This document shows, piece after piece, positions 45,297 to 57,874 of a stretch of DNA of 64,000 nucleotides. This DNA is from an uncultured Pseudomonadota bacterium. GTDB lineage: Bacteria > Pseudomonadota > Gammaproteobacteria > Natronospirales > REEB76. Location: the NCBI GenBank assembly GCA_963817285.1, contig CAWFOE010000008.1, positions 12,990-76,989 of the forward strand, in the 5' to 3' direction. The notes under the pieces were generated by a model that did not search any database, was not told the origin of the DNA, and was given only the letters and a program-made list of their open reading frames with translations. The position numbers and the translations under genes are program-made. How positions within the stretch are numbered: position 1 is the first letter of the stretch; each line of letters starts with the position of its first letter.

Positions 45297-45638
45297 TTAC
45301 ACCTTCTCGCGGATTCGTGCGGCCTTGCCGGCCAGGTCACGCAGGTAATAGAGCTTGGCGCGGCGCACGTCGCCCTTGCGCTTCACTTCGATACCGCCGA
45401 TGCCGGGGCTGTGGGTCTGGAAGGTGCGCTCGACACCTTCGCCGTGGGACATCTTGCGCACGGTGAAGGAGGAGTTGAGGCCGCGGTGCTTCATGGCGAT
45501 GACCAGGCCTTCGAAGGCCTGCAGGCGCTCGCGCTCACCGTCCTTCACCTTGACCTGCACCACCACGGTGTCACCCGGCTCGAACGCCGGGATGTCTTTC
45601 AGCTGGGCCTGTTCCACTGCCTGGATGATCTTGTTCAT
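45297..45638 (-). CDS. rplS: 50S ribosomal protein L19
   Basis: [27 protein letters not shown]. Confidence 0.98.
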   Translation of the reverse strand: MNKIIQAVEQAQLKDIPAFEPGDTVVVQVKVKDGERERLQAFEGLVIAMKHRGLNSSFTVRKMSHGEGVERTFQTHSPGIGGIEVKRKGDVRRAKLYYLRDLAGKAARIREKV

Positions 45639-45665
45639 GACTGCATACCTTATGTGCAAAGACCG

Positions 45666-46412
45666 TTATTCACTTACACCCTGCGCACGGATGAAATCCG
45701 CGAGCAACTGTTCCTGTTCCTCGCTCAGCGCGAGACCCTGCAAGAGATCCGGGCGCCGCTGCCAGGTCCGCCCCAGCATCTGCTGCATGCGCCAGCGGCG
45801 TATGGCCGCATGGTCGCCGGAGAGCAGCACGTCCGGCACACGCTGGCCGTCGATCTCCTCGGGCCGCGTGTAGTGCGGACAATCCAGCAACCCGTTCATG
45901 AACGAGTCCTGGGCCGCCGACTCCTCGTCGTTCAAAGCCCCGGGGATGAGACGCGCCATGGCATCTATCATCACCAGCGCCGCCAGCTCACCGCCGGACA
46001 GCACGTAATCTCCGATGGACCATTCCTCGTCCACCTCAGCCTCGATCAGGCGCTCATCCACGCCTTCGTAGCGCCCTGCCACCAGCACCATCCCGGCACG
46101 CTGCGACAGTTCGCGCACGCCGTCCTGGTCAAGGGCCCGACCCTGCGGGCTGAGGTAGATCACCTTGGCCCCGTCGCCGGCTCGAGCCTTCGCCGCGTGT
46201 ATCGCCGCGCGCAAGGTCTCGACCTTCATCACCATCCCCGGGCCGCCGCCGTAAGGCCGATCGTCCACGCTCTTGTGCTTGTCGGTGGCGTGGTCCCGCG
46301 GATTGCTGGTACCCACCTCGAGCAGGCCGCGCTCCACAGCGCGCCCCGTCACGCCGAACTGGAGCAGGTTCTGCACCATCTCCGGGAAAAGCGTGACGAC
46401 TTCTATATGCAC
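45666..46412 (-). CDS. trmD: tRNA (m1G37) methyltransferase
   Basis: [32 protein letters not shown]. Confidence 0.98.
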   Translation of the reverse strand: MHIEVVTLFPEMVQNLLQFGVTGRAVERGLLEVGTSNPRDHATDKHKSVDDRPYGGGPGMVMKVETLRAAIHAAKARAGDGAKVIYLSPQGRALDQDGVRELSQRAGMVLVAGRYEGVDERLIEAEVDEEWSIGDYVLSGGELAALVMIDAMARLIPGALNDEESAAQDSFMNGLLDCPHYTRPEEIDGQRVPDVLLSGDHAAIRRWRMQQMLGRTWQRRPDLLQGLALSEEQEQLLADFIRAQGVSE

Positions 46413-46422
46413 ACTAGCCTCT

Positions 46423-46930
46423 TCAAAAATCGGGGTCCCAATCCACCTGGATCACGCGCTTGTCGAGATCCACGTGCTTGATGACCTGGCCATGGATGAA
46501 CGGGATGAGGCGTTCCCGTTCCCCTTTCACCACCAGCACGTCGTTCGAACCGGTGGCCATCAAACCTTCGACTGCACCGAGGGAACGTCCCCCATCAAGC
46601 TGCACATCCAATCCCACCAAGTCCATCCAGTAGTACTGGCCGGGCCGGGTCTTACTGAGTTGCTGCGCAAGACGGCGATGTCGGCGCCGAACACCGGGCT
46701 GCCTGATCCGGGTCGGTGATGCCTTCGAAACGGGCGATCACTCCCTTGCCGTGGGCATGGCCCTCGGCCACCTTCCACTCACGCCACCCGTCGCTGAGCT
46801 TCAGTTGCCAGGTACGGTAGTCGACGATCTTGTCGCGCGGTTCGGTGAAGGACAGGAGCTTGACCCAGCCCTTGATGCCGAACAGCCCCCCGATCTTGCC
46901 GATGACGATGCGCTGGGGCTCACCGCTCAT
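46423..46930 (-). CDS. rimM: Ribosome maturation factor RimM (frameshifted)
   Basis: [15 protein letters not shown]; [28 protein letters not shown] split across frames. Confidence 0.93.
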
Positions 46931-46936
46931 GCAGGC

Positions 46937-47185
46937 TTACAGAGCGACCTTGTGCTCCTTGAGCAGATACTGCACACGGTCCGAAGGCTGCGCGCCCTTC
47001 GAGAGCCAGTGCTTCATGCGCTCCGCGTCCACGCGCAGCGTCTCCTCGTGGCTCGCGGCCAGAGGATTGTAGAAACCGAGACGCTCGATGTAACGGCCGT
47101 CACGCGCGTTGCGCTTGTCGGTCGCCACCAGATGATAGAAGGGGCGCTTCTTGGCGCCGCCGCGGCTCAAACGTATGGTCACCAT
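46937..47185 (-). CDS. rpsP: 30S ribosomal protein S16
   Basis: [31 protein letters not shown]. Confidence 0.98.
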   Translation of the reverse strand: MVTIRLSRGGAKKRPFYHLVATDKRNARDGRYIERLGFYNPLAASHEETLRVDAERMKHWLSKGAQPSDRVQYLLKEHKVAL

Positions 47186-47340
47186 GGAATATCAGGTCCT
47201 CTAAAAAACTTGGGGCCGCCTTAGGGGCTGCCCACCGGAAAAACAGCAGGGTATTTTACGGGAATTTTAAGAAAAGTGAAGGGCTTACGTGGCTTTCGGG
47301 AGCGGGAAATGGGACTTTAAGGGGCATAAATGCGCGAAAT

Positions 47341-47452
47341 TAGCCATCCATGGCCTGCTTCCGGCCCGGACATCCTGTCCGGTCGCTCGAAACTGTGTTT
47401 CGAGCCCTGCCCGCCCCCGGGACGGGACCGACATGCCCCGGCATGTCGGCTA
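47341..47452. repeat. Multi-hairpin element right after the ffh stop; probable diverged member (copy C) of the repeat family
   Basis: Hairpins CCGGACA/TGTCCGG, GCTCGAAAC/GTTTCGAGC, CCGACATGCC/GGCATGTCGG; shares CCCTGCCyGCCC..CGACATGCCnnGGCATGT with copy D. Confidence 0.55.
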
Positions 47453-48817
47453 AAAGGGTCTTCCACGCCCAGGCGGCAGCTGTCCTTTCATATTGCGCAG
47501 CATTTTTGCGATTCCTCCCGCCCCGGCCATCTGTTTCATCACGGCTGCCATCTGGTCGTACTGCTTCAGGAGGCGGTTCACCTCTTGGACCTGGGTGCCA
47601 GACCCCTGGGCGATGCGTCGCCGACGGGAGCCATTGATGACATCCGGCTTAGTCCGCTCCCCGGGGGTCATGGAGTTGATGATGGCGATCTGGCGCTTCA
47701 GCTCCTTCTGGCCGAACTGACCCTCGGCTTTGCCGGCCATGGCAGCCCCGCCCGGCAGCTTGTCCAACATGGCCCCTACCCCGCCCATGGCCAGCACCTG
47801 CTCGAGTTGGGCGCGCAGATCCATGAGGTCGAAGCGCTTGCCGGATTTGAGTTTGTTGACGAGCTCAGCGCCCTTCTCCCGGTCCAGCTTCTGTTCCGCC
47901 TGTTCCACCAGGGCGAGCACGTCACCCATGCCGAGGATGCGGGAGACCACACGCTCCGGCTGAAAGACTTCGAGGGCAGAACTATCTTCTCCCACGCCCA
48001 TGAACTTGATGGGCACGCCGGTGACTTGACGCACCGAGAGGGCCGCGCCACCCCGAGCATCGCCATCGGCTTTGGTGAGGATAGCGCCCGTGAGAGGCAA
48101 AGCTTGGCCGAACTCGGTGGCCGCTTTGGCGGCATCCTGACCTGCCATGGCATCCATGACGAAGAGAGTCTCTTTCGGCGCGACAGCCGCATGGATGCGA
48201 CGCGCTTCGTCCATGAGCTCCGCGTCCACATGCTGGCGGCCAGCGGTATCTACGATGAGCACGTCATAGAGTCGCGCTCGCGCTTCAGTGAGAGCTGCAG
48301 TAGCGATGGCTACCGGATCTTTACTATCGAAAGGGAAATAGGTAGCGCCCACGGGACCCGCGAGTCGCTCAAGCTGTTCCCGTGCTGCCGGACGATAGAT
48401 GTCAGTGCTGACCAGGAGCACTTTCTTGCGCTCGCGATCCACGAGATGTTTCGCGAGTTTGGCGGCGGTAGTGGTCTTGCCCGCGCCCTGCAGGCCCGCC
48501 AGCAGGATGACAACGGGTGGCGTCGCATTTAGATCGAGAGGTGCTGCCGCACCGATGGCGCGCAGCAATTCTTCATGCACTACTTTGATGAAGGCCTGGC
48601 CGGGGGTGAGGCTCTTCAGTACATCCGCGCCGAGAGCGCGGGTGCGGGCGGATTCGGTGAAAGCCTGCACTACCAGCAAGGCCACGTCCGCTTCCAGCAA
48701 AGCCAAGCGTACATCGCGCAAGGCATCGCGGATGTTCTGCTCGGTCATGCGCCCGGAACCGCGCAGGGCATCCAAGGTCTTGGATAGGCGTTCGCTTAAG
48801 GCTTTGAACATAGACAT
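47450..48817 (-). CDS. ffh: Signal recognition particle protein
   Basis: LLEADV, GLQGAGKTT, DTAGR, TKADGDARGG, IINSMT, SRRRRIAQGSG. Confidence 0.98.
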   Translation of the reverse strand: MSMFKALSERLSKTLDALRGSGRMTEQNIRDALRDVRLALLEADVALLVVQAFTESARTRALGADVLKSLTPGQAFIKVVHEELLRAIGAAAPLDLNATPPVVILLAGLQGAGKTTTAAKLAKHLVDRERKKVLLVSTDIYRPAAREQLERLAGPVGATYFPFDSKDPVAIATAALTEARARLYDVLIVDTAGRQHVDAELMDEARRIHAAVAPKETLFVMDAMAGQDAAKAATEFGQALPLTGAILTKADGDARGGAALSVRQVTGVPIKFMGVGEDSSALEVFQPERVVSRILGMGDVLALVEQAEQKLDREKGAELVNKLKSGKRFDLMDLRAQLEQVLAMGGVGAMLDKLPGGAAMAGKAEGQFGQKELKRQIAIINSMTPGERTKPDVINGSRRRRIAQGSGTQVQEVNRLLKQYDQMAAVMKQMAGAGGIAKMLRNMKGQLPPGRGRPF

Positions 48818-48867
48818 AGATTATCGCCCAAGAATCGGATGAAGCGACATGATCATAAAAGCTGGAT

Positions 48868-49020
48868 TAGAGATTCTGGCTGGCGGTGGCCGCCAGCTTC
48901 CCCGCTTCGCTTCCCGGCTGCGCGGGCAGCTATGGGCGTTCGCAGCAGTGCTACTCACCCTGCCTGCCCGTTCGACCGCTCACGACATGCCTATGGCATG
49001 TGCGTGTTACGCAGTCTCAC
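48868..49020. repeat. Structured intergenic repeat, copy D (longest)
   Basis: Starts immediately after the stop codon at 49021; matches copy B at both ends and copy A internally. Confidence 0.9.
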
Positions 49021-49785
49021 TTATAGGTCAAAGACCTCGCCACCCATGAGGCGATGCAAGCGGCGCTTGGGAAGAGCGGCCACGATCTCGGCGAAGATCG
49101 AGTCTTCAGCGCCGGGCTTGAGATGGGTGATATGGATGTCGGGATCATGCTTGAGCTTCGTGATGTCAGCCGCCAGTGTCTTGGGGCAGTAATGCTTGGC
49201 GAGATCGGCGAGCTTCTCGTTGCTGTTGGCGAAGGCGGTCTCCACCATGAGCGCATCCACTCGCGGATAAGCGTTGAGCGCGGTCCAGAACGTGTCGTTG
49301 GTGAAGGTGTCGCCACTGAAGGCGAAGACCTTGCCACCTTTCTCGATGATGTAGCCCGCACCCGGCACAGTGTGGTTCACCTCCACGAGGTGCATGCTGC
49401 GGCCGTCCACGTCCTGTCGCTGGCCGAGCTTCAGGGGATGGTACTTGAGCACCGGCGACTGCTTGTCGGGTAGCTCGGCGAAATCCGGCCACATGATCCA
49501 GTTGAAGATGTACTTCTTGACTGCGTCGAGGGTCTCAGGGCGACCGTACACCGTGAGCGGCGTCTTCAAGTGATCGAAGATGGTGTCGATGAGGAGCGGC
49601 AGACCCGCAGTGTGATCCAGATGGGAATGGGTCAGGAACACATGACGGATGTGACGCATCTCATCGAGCGTGAGATCGCCGATGCCGGTGCCGGCATCGA
49701 TGAGGATGTCTTTGTCCACGAGCAAGGAGGTGGTGCGCAGTTCCGCACCGATGCCGCCGCTGCAACCCAGGATCTTGATGCGCAT
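49021..49785 (-). CDS. Metallo-beta-lactamase-fold 3',5'-cyclic-nucleotide phosphodiesterase (class II-like)
   Basis: LGCSGGIG, IDAGTG, THSHLDH, IFNWIMWPDF, HTVP, SGDT, THLKP. Confidence 0.8.
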   Translation of the reverse strand: MRIKILGCSGGIGAELRTTSLLVDKDILIDAGTGIGDLTLDEMRHIRHVFLTHSHLDHTAGLPLLIDTIFDHLKTPLTVYGRPETLDAVKKYIFNWIMWPDFAELPDKQSPVLKYHPLKLGQRQDVDGRSMHLVEVNHTVPGAGYIIEKGGKVFAFSGDTFTNDTFWTALNAYPRVDALMVETAFANSNEKLADLAKHYCPKTLAADITKLKHDPDIHITHLKPGAEDSIFAEIVAALPKRRLHRLMGGEVFDL

Positions 49786-49916
49786 GGAAATGAACCCTGC
49801 CGCCGCTGGCGACTCCCTTGCAGAAAGCTTATCACAGGCTGTTTTCACGGTCCTTCACCGGGGACTGCGGCTATGCGATGATGAAAGCGCCCAAAGAACC
49901 CGGCTGAAACCATCCT

Positions 49917-50750
49917 ATGCATCTCTTGACCGGAGCCGCCGCCCTCGCACTCGCGCTCTACCTCCTGGCGGCACTGGGGTTGCTCGCGCGGCTGTTCGGC
50001 AAGGGTCCGGACTTCCTCCGGGAGCGTCGCGGTTTCGCCTTGAGCGCAGCGCTCGCCGCAGTGCTGCTGCACGGCATCGCCGTCTATGCCCTGATCTTCG
50101 GCACACAGGGCATGGACCTCGGTTTCTTCAACGCGCTCGCCTTGGTGGGGCTCTTGGTAGCCCTAATCGCCCTGGCCGCCTTCGTGAAACCCTCCTTCGA
50201 GAACTTGGGGCTGGTGCTCTTCCCCCTGGCAGGTGTGAGTATCGTCCTCGGTGACACCCTGACCAGCGACGTGCTCTTGCTGCATGGCGGCAATTGGCCC
50301 CTAGACACCCACATCCTCTTCTCGCTGCTGGCCTACAGCTTGCTAGCCGTGGCGGCGCTGCAAGCGGTCGTACTGGCTCTGCAGGAATGGCGTCTGCGGC
50401 GCGGCAATGCCGGCGGCGTACTGAGCCGCTTGCCACCGATGCAGGAGATGGAGCGTTTCCTGTTCCAGCTCATCGCCGCCGGTTTCATCCTGCTCACGCT
50501 CTCGCTGTTCACCGGCCTCATCTTCGTGCAGAACTTCATGGTGCAACACCTGGCACACAAGGCGATCCTCTCGGGGCTCGCCTGGCTCGTGTTCGCGGTG
50601 CTGCTGTGGGGGCGCTGGAAGTTCGGCTGGCGGGGACGCACCGCCATCCGCTGGACGCTCATCGGTTTCGCCACGCTGATGCTCGCCTACTTCGGCAGCA
50701 AACTGGTGTTGGAGCTGATCCTCGGTCGCCATTGGGGGCTCATGCCTTGA
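49917..50750 (+). CDS. ypjD: Cytochrome c assembly family inner membrane protein (YpjD/CcsA-like)
   Basis: HILFSLLAY, LPPMQEME, HKAILS, GWRG, LAYFGSK. Confidence 0.88.
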   Translation: MHLLTGAAALALALYLLAALGLLARLFGKGPDFLRERRGFALSAALAAVLLHGIAVYALIFGTQGMDLGFFNALALVGLLVALIALAAFVKPSFENLGLVLFPLAGVSIVLGDTLTSDVLLLHGGNWPLDTHILFSLLAYSLLAVAALQAVVLALQEWRLRRGNAGGVLSRLPPMQEMERFLFQLIAAGFILLTLSLFTGLIFVQNFMVQHLAHKAILSGLAWLVFAVLLWGRWKFGWRGRTAIRWTLIGFATLMLAYFGSKLVLELILGRHWGLMP

Positions 50751-50793
50751 AACCTCCGCCGGGAAGGCGTCCGCTGCGTAAGGGCTTACGCCC

Positions 50794-52113
50794 GTGAACC
50801 ATATCCCCTTGCTGTATCTCTTCGGCGTGGTGGCGCTCTGCCTCCTGTGCTCGGCATTCTTCGCCGGCTCCGAGACGGCGCTCATGGGCCTCAACCGTTA
50901 CCGGCTGCGTCATCTGGCGCGGGCGGGCCATCGCGGCGCCGTGGTGGCGGAAAAGCTGTTGCGCCGGCCCGACCGGCTCATCGGTCTCATGCGTCTCGGC
51001 GACACCTTGTGCAACGTGGTGGCCACCTCCATCACGACGCTCATCGCCCTGCGCATCGGCGGCGACAGCGCCGTGGCCATCGCCGGCGGCGTGCTGATCC
51101 TATGCATCCTCGTCTTCTCGGAGATCACACCCAAGACCCTGGCGGCGCTCTACCCCGAGCGTTTCGGCTTCCCCGCCGCGTTCATCTACGTGCCGCTGCT
51201 CAGGATGTTCTCGCCGGTGATCTGGGCGGTGAACGTATTCACCAATGGCCTCCTGCGCGCCATGGGCTTGCGCAGTAGTGCCATGCCGCTGCACTCCATG
51301 AGCAGCGAAGAACTACGCAGCGTGGTGACCGAAGCCGGCGGGCTCATACCCAAACGCCATCAGCGCATGCTGCTCAGCATCCTTGATCTTGAGAAGATCG
51401 CGGTGGAGGACATAATGGTGCCGCGCAACGAGATCACCGGCATCGACATCGAGCAGGAATGGGACGACATCCGTATGCAGCTCTACAGCAGCCAGCACAC
51501 GCGGCTGCCGGTGTACGAAGGCGAAATCGATAACATCCTGGGCTTCGTGCATGCCCGCCAGGTGCTGCACCTGCTCTCCCAGGAGGACCCCGGCAAGGAA
51601 GAGTTGCGAGAGATCCTCCGGGAGGCGTATTTCGTGCCGGCAGGCACTTCGCTGCAACGGCAGCTGTTGAACTTCCAGACGGCGCAGCGCCGCATCGGTC
51701 TGGTGGTGGATGAATACGGCGACATCCGCGGGCTCGTGACCCTGGAGGACATCCTCGAGGAGATCGTGGGCGAGTTCACTACCGACCCCGCGGCACAAAA
51801 CCGTGACATATATAAGGAGAGCGAGACGAGCTACCTGGTGAACGGCAGCGCGACGGTGCGGGAGCTGAACCGAGCCATGCAGCTGAAATTCCCAACCGAC
51901 GGCCCCAAGACCCTGAACGGACTGATCCTGGAGTATCTGGAGACCATCCCTCATACCGGCACTGCCTTCAAACTCGCCGGTTATTCCCTCGAGATCGTGC
52001 AGACCACCGGCAACACAGTGAAGACAGTGCGTCTGCTCTTGCCGGCGCCGATACAGGCCGCAGAGTCTGCCACCAAGAAACTCAAAAAGAAGAAGAAAAA
52101 GACCGCGAACTAG
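50794..52113 (+). CDS. yfjD: CNNM/CorB (HlyC/CorC) transporter: DUF21-CBS-CorC
   Basis: SAFFAGSETAL, EITPKT, IMVPRNEI, VVDEYG, LEDILEEIVGE. Confidence 0.9.
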   Translation: MNHIPLLYLFGVVALCLLCSAFFAGSETALMGLNRYRLRHLARAGHRGAVVAEKLLRRPDRLIGLMRLGDTLCNVVATSITTLIALRIGGDSAVAIAGGVLILCILVFSEITPKTLAALYPERFGFPAAFIYVPLLRMFSPVIWAVNVFTNGLLRAMGLRSSAMPLHSMSSEELRSVVTEAGGLIPKRHQRMLLSILDLEKIAVEDIMVPRNEITGIDIEQEWDDIRMQLYSSQHTRLPVYEGEIDNILGFVHARQVLHLLSQEDPGKEELREILREAYFVPAGTSLQRQLLNFQTAQRRIGLVVDEYGDIRGLVTLEDILEEIVGEFTTDPAAQNRDIYKESETSYLVNGSATVRELNRAMQLKFPTDGPKTLNGLILEYLETIPHTGTAFKLAGYSLEIVQTTGNTVKTVRLLLPAPIQAAESATKKLKKKKKKTAN

Positions 52114-53465
52114 AGAGAAGCGATAGCTTCGGCCAGACGCTGGACGCCGATGACTTCTATCCCTTCGGGATTCTTCTTAGGCATGTTCGCCCGGGGTACG
52201 ATGGCCCGCTTGAAGCCATGCTTGGCCGCTTCGCGCAGGCGATCCTCACCGTTATAGACCGGGCGTATCTCCCCCGCTAAACCCACTTCGCCGAACACGA
52301 TGAGATCCTGGGGCAATGCCTTGTCCCGGAAGCTGGAGAGCACTGCCAGCACCACCGCGAGATCCGCCGCGGTCTCACTCACCCGCAGGCCTCCCACCAC
52401 GTTCAAGAACACGTCATGCCCAAACATGGCGATGCCGCCATGGCGGTGCAGCACGGCGAGCAGCATGGAGAGGCGATTCGCATCCATGCCCACGGCCACA
52501 CGCCGCGGGTTATTGATATGACTCTCGTCCACCAGGGCCTGCACTTCGATGAGCATGGGACGGCTGCCTTCCCGGATGACCGTCACAGCACTACCGGACA
52601 CAGGCTCGCTGTGGCGCGAGAGGAAGATGGCCGAGGGGTTCTTGACCTCCTTCAGCCCGGTCTCGGTCATGGCGAACACGCCCAGTTCGTTGGCAGCACC
52701 GAAACGGTTCTTGATGGCGCGGATCACCCGGTAGCGGCTGCCGGCGTCATTCTCGAAATACAGTACCGTATCCACCATGTGCTCCAGCACCCGGGGACCG
52801 GCGATCACGCCTTCCTTGGTGACATGCCCCACCAGAAACACGGCGGTACCGCTCTGCTTGGCATAGCGAGTGAAGAGCGCGGTGCTCTCCCGCAACTGGG
52901 CCACGGCACCGGGAGCGGATTGCAGGAGGGCCGTGAACACGGTCTGGATGGAGTCCACCACCAGGACCCCAGGCTTGGCCTTGTGAGCCGCCTCCAGGAT
53001 CCGTTCCACACAGGTCTCGGCGGCAAGCGTCACAGGAGCATCGGCCACTTCCAGGCGCCGGGCCCGGAGCCCCACTTGTGCGGGGGATTCCTCGCCGCTC
53101 ACATAGAGGACCGGCCGGCCCCGGGCGAGGCTGGCGGCAGCTTGTAACAATAAGGTGGACTTGCCGATGCCCGGGTCACCGCCGATGAGGGTCACGGAGC
53201 CGGGGACCAGCCCTCCGCCCAGGACTCGGTCCAACTCGTCCAGACCCGTAGGGAACCGGGGTGTCTCCCGCTCGCCGGCCCGCTCCAGGCCTTCCAGGAC
53301 CGTATCCCCCCCGGCGACGGCCTCGGCCGCCCGGGCAGGATTGGACCCCAGGCTTTGGGACTCAGTGAGGGTGTTCCAGGCGCCGCAGTCGGGACATTGA
53401 CCGGCCCAACGCAGGCTCTTCCCGCCGCAGGCATCACAGACGTAGATGGTCTTGGCTTTTTTCAT
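52110..53465 (-). CDS. radA: DNA repair protein RadA/Sms
   Basis: CxxC..CxxC Zn finger, GDPGIGKST, KNRFG. Confidence 0.97.
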   Translation of the reverse strand: MKKAKTIYVCDACGGKSLRWAGQCPDCGAWNTLTESQSLGSNPARAAEAVAGGDTVLEGLERAGERETPRFPTGLDELDRVLGGGLVPGSVTLIGGDPGIGKSTLLLQAAASLARGRPVLYVSGEESPAQVGLRARRLEVADAPVTLAAETCVERILEAAHKAKPGVLVVDSIQTVFTALLQSAPGAVAQLRESTALFTRYAKQSGTAVFLVGHVTKEGVIAGPRVLEHMVDTVLYFENDAGSRYRVIRAIKNRFGAANELGVFAMTETGLKEVKNPSAIFLSRHSEPVSGSAVTVIREGSRPMLIEVQALVDESHINNPRRVAVGMDANRLSMLLAVLHRHGGIAMFGHDVFLNVVGGLRVSETAADLAVVLAVLSSFRDKALPQDLIVFGEVGLAGEIRPVYNGEDRLREAAKHGFKRAIVPRANMPKKNPEGIEVIGVQRLAEAIASL

Positions 53466-53601
53466 GGGTGCAGAGGGGCTTGGGGTCGGCCGGATGGTAG
53501 CACGCTGCTCAAGGGGCTTCCGGCGGGTTTTTCCTTCCATTTCCATGAAAATTCAAGGTAGTATGGAGCACGCTTAATAATTCATCTAGGCGGGGGTTTG
53601 G

Positions 53602-56205
<2,604 letters not shown>

Positions 56206-56221
56206 TAACAAAGGCTGCCGC

Positions 56222-57043
56222 ATGAGCTACAAAGGCAAGCTGAACTTCGTCGGCAACAGCGACAAGGGCATGGTGCGTCCGAATAACGAGGATTGCATCG
56301 GCACCGATCTCGAGACCGGCCTCGTGGTGGTCGCCGACGGCATGGGCGGCTACAAGGCCGGTGAAGTCGCGAGCGGCATCGCTGTGCAGACCCTGACGGA
56401 GTTCGTCACGAACGGCATCAAGGATGCGCACAAACACGCGGCCGGCGCCGAGAGCTACAGCGCCGAGAGCGTGCTGTTGCGCAACGCGATCCTCAAAGCC
56501 AACGACATCATCCACCAGACCGCCAAGAGCCAGCCCCAGTGTGAGGGCATGGGCACCACCATCGTGGCTTGCCTGTTCTATGACAACCGCATCTCGATCG
56601 CCCACGTGGGCGACTCCCGGCTCTACCGCATCCGCCACGGCCAGTTCGAGCAGGTGACCACCGATCATTCCCTGCTCCAGGAACTGGTGGCCCGGGGCTT
56701 CTATACCCCGGAAGAGGCCCGTAAGTCCCTCAACAAGAACCTAGTCACCCGGGCCTTGGGGATCGAGCCGACCGTGGAGGTGGACGTCCAGGAGGACGTG
56801 GTCCTGCAGGACGATATCTACCTGCTCTGCTCCGACGGCCTGAACGACATGGTCGAGGACGCGGATATTTACTTAACCCTTAAGACGTTTAGTGCTAACC
56901 TTGAGATGGCAGGCCAACAGCTGGTCAAGCTGGCCAACGACAATGGTGGCCGGGACAACGTATCGGTGGTCCTGGTGAAGCCGTTGAAATCGTTCGAGAA
57001 CCAGAAAGGGTTCTTTGACCGGCTGACGGACTGGTTCTCTTGA
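56222..57043 (+). CDS. PP2C-family Ser/Thr phosphatase (Stp1/IreP-like)
   Basis: RPNNED, VADGMGG, AHVGDSRLY, LCSDGL, GGRDN. Confidence 0.95.
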   Translation: MSYKGKLNFVGNSDKGMVRPNNEDCIGTDLETGLVVVADGMGGYKAGEVASGIAVQTLTEFVTNGIKDAHKHAAGAESYSAESVLLRNAILKANDIIHQTAKSQPQCEGMGTTIVACLFYDNRISIAHVGDSRLYRIRHGQFEQVTTDHSLLQELVARGFYTPEEARKSLNKNLVTRALGIEPTVEVDVQEDVVLQDDIYLLCSDGLNDMVEDADIYLTLKTFSANLEMAGQQLVKLANDNGGRDNVSVVLVKPLKSFENQKGFFDRLTDWFS

Positions 57044-57099
57044 GCCACGTATGGGGCACGTCGGGCTAAACGAGAAATGAATTACCAAGAGGCAGACCC

Positions 57100-57822
57100 A
57101 TGGGCAAGCTGATACTCACACTCGATGGCCAGGAACTGGCGCAATACGAACTCGAAAAAGAGCGCTATACCATCGGCCGCCTGGCTGATAACGATATCCA
57201 CATCGACAACATGGCGGTGAGCGGACACCACGCGCTCATCATCAACATCCTCAAGGACTCCTTCCTCGAGGACCTGAACAGCACCAACGGCACCTACGTC
57301 AACGGCAAGCTGATCAAGAAACACGCCCTCCAGGAAGGCGATGTGATCACCATCGGCCGCCATGCCCTCAAGTACATGAGCGGCAAACCCGCCGCAGCCG
57401 CCGGCGATGCCGACGACTTCGAGAAGACCATGATCATCCGGCCCGGCACCAAGAGCCAGACCGGGGTGCCCAGCATGGACAGCGTGAACAAGGCCATCTC
57501 CGATGCGGGCGGCGCCCCCATCGCCGATGGCGCCAAGGCCGCGGCGCTGCCGCGCGCCAAGCTGCAGGTGCTGTCCGGCAGCTTCGCGGGCAAGGAACTG
57601 GAACTCAACAAGGCCCTCACCACCCTGGGACGCCCGGGCGTGCAGGTGGCGGCCGTCACCCGTCGCGCCGACGGCTTCTTCGTAGTGCACGTGGAGAGTG
57701 GCCAGGGCCAGGGCTTCCCCACGGTCAACGGCGGCGACATCGGCGCCCAGGCGCTGAAGCTCAAGGACAACGACGTCATCGAGCTGGCCGGCGTGAAGAT
57801 GGGCTTCTACGAGATGAAGTAA
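57100..57822 (+). CDS. Tandem-FHA domain protein
   Basis: FHA1 with IGR, VSGHHA, DLNSTNGTYVNG; second FHA-like domain LGRPG..VNG..DVIELAG lacking SxxH. Confidence 0.9.
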   Translation: MGKLILTLDGQELAQYELEKERYTIGRLADNDIHIDNMAVSGHHALIINILKDSFLEDLNSTNGTYVNGKLIKKHALQEGDVITIGRHALKYMSGKPAAAAGDADDFEKTMIIRPGTKSQTGVPSMDSVNKAISDAGGAPIADGAKAAALPRAKLQVLSGSFAGKELELNKALTTLGRPGVQVAAVTRRADGFFVVHVESGQGQGFPTVNGGDIGAQALKLKDNDVIELAGVKMGFYEMK

Positions 57823-57847
57823 GCCCGAGAGAAGATTTCGAAGACTG

Positions 57848-57874
57848 AAAGGCCCGTCTGACGACGGGCCTTTT
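57848..57874. terminator. Bidirectional terminator between FHA gene and alr
   Basis: AAAGGCCCGTC-TGAC-GACGGGCCTTT. Confidence 0.8.

Noticed and set aside
46423-46930. rimM pseudogene
   Set aside because: Near-essential gene in an intact operon with conserved residues on both sides of the breaks; sequencing error is far more likely
47341-47452. SRP (4.5S) RNA next to ffh
   Set aside because: Lacks the conserved CAGG-GNRA-AGCA domain IV motif
43112-49020. Repeats as integron attC sites or CRISPR repeats
   Set aside because: No consistent RYYYAAC/GTTRRRY cores, no integrase or cas genes, no regular spacing, and flanking genes are largely housekeeping
49817-49838. CRP site or DnaA box upstream of the phosphodiesterase (TTATCACA / TGTGA)
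   Set aside because: Only a CRP half-site and an imperfect DnaA box; insufficient support
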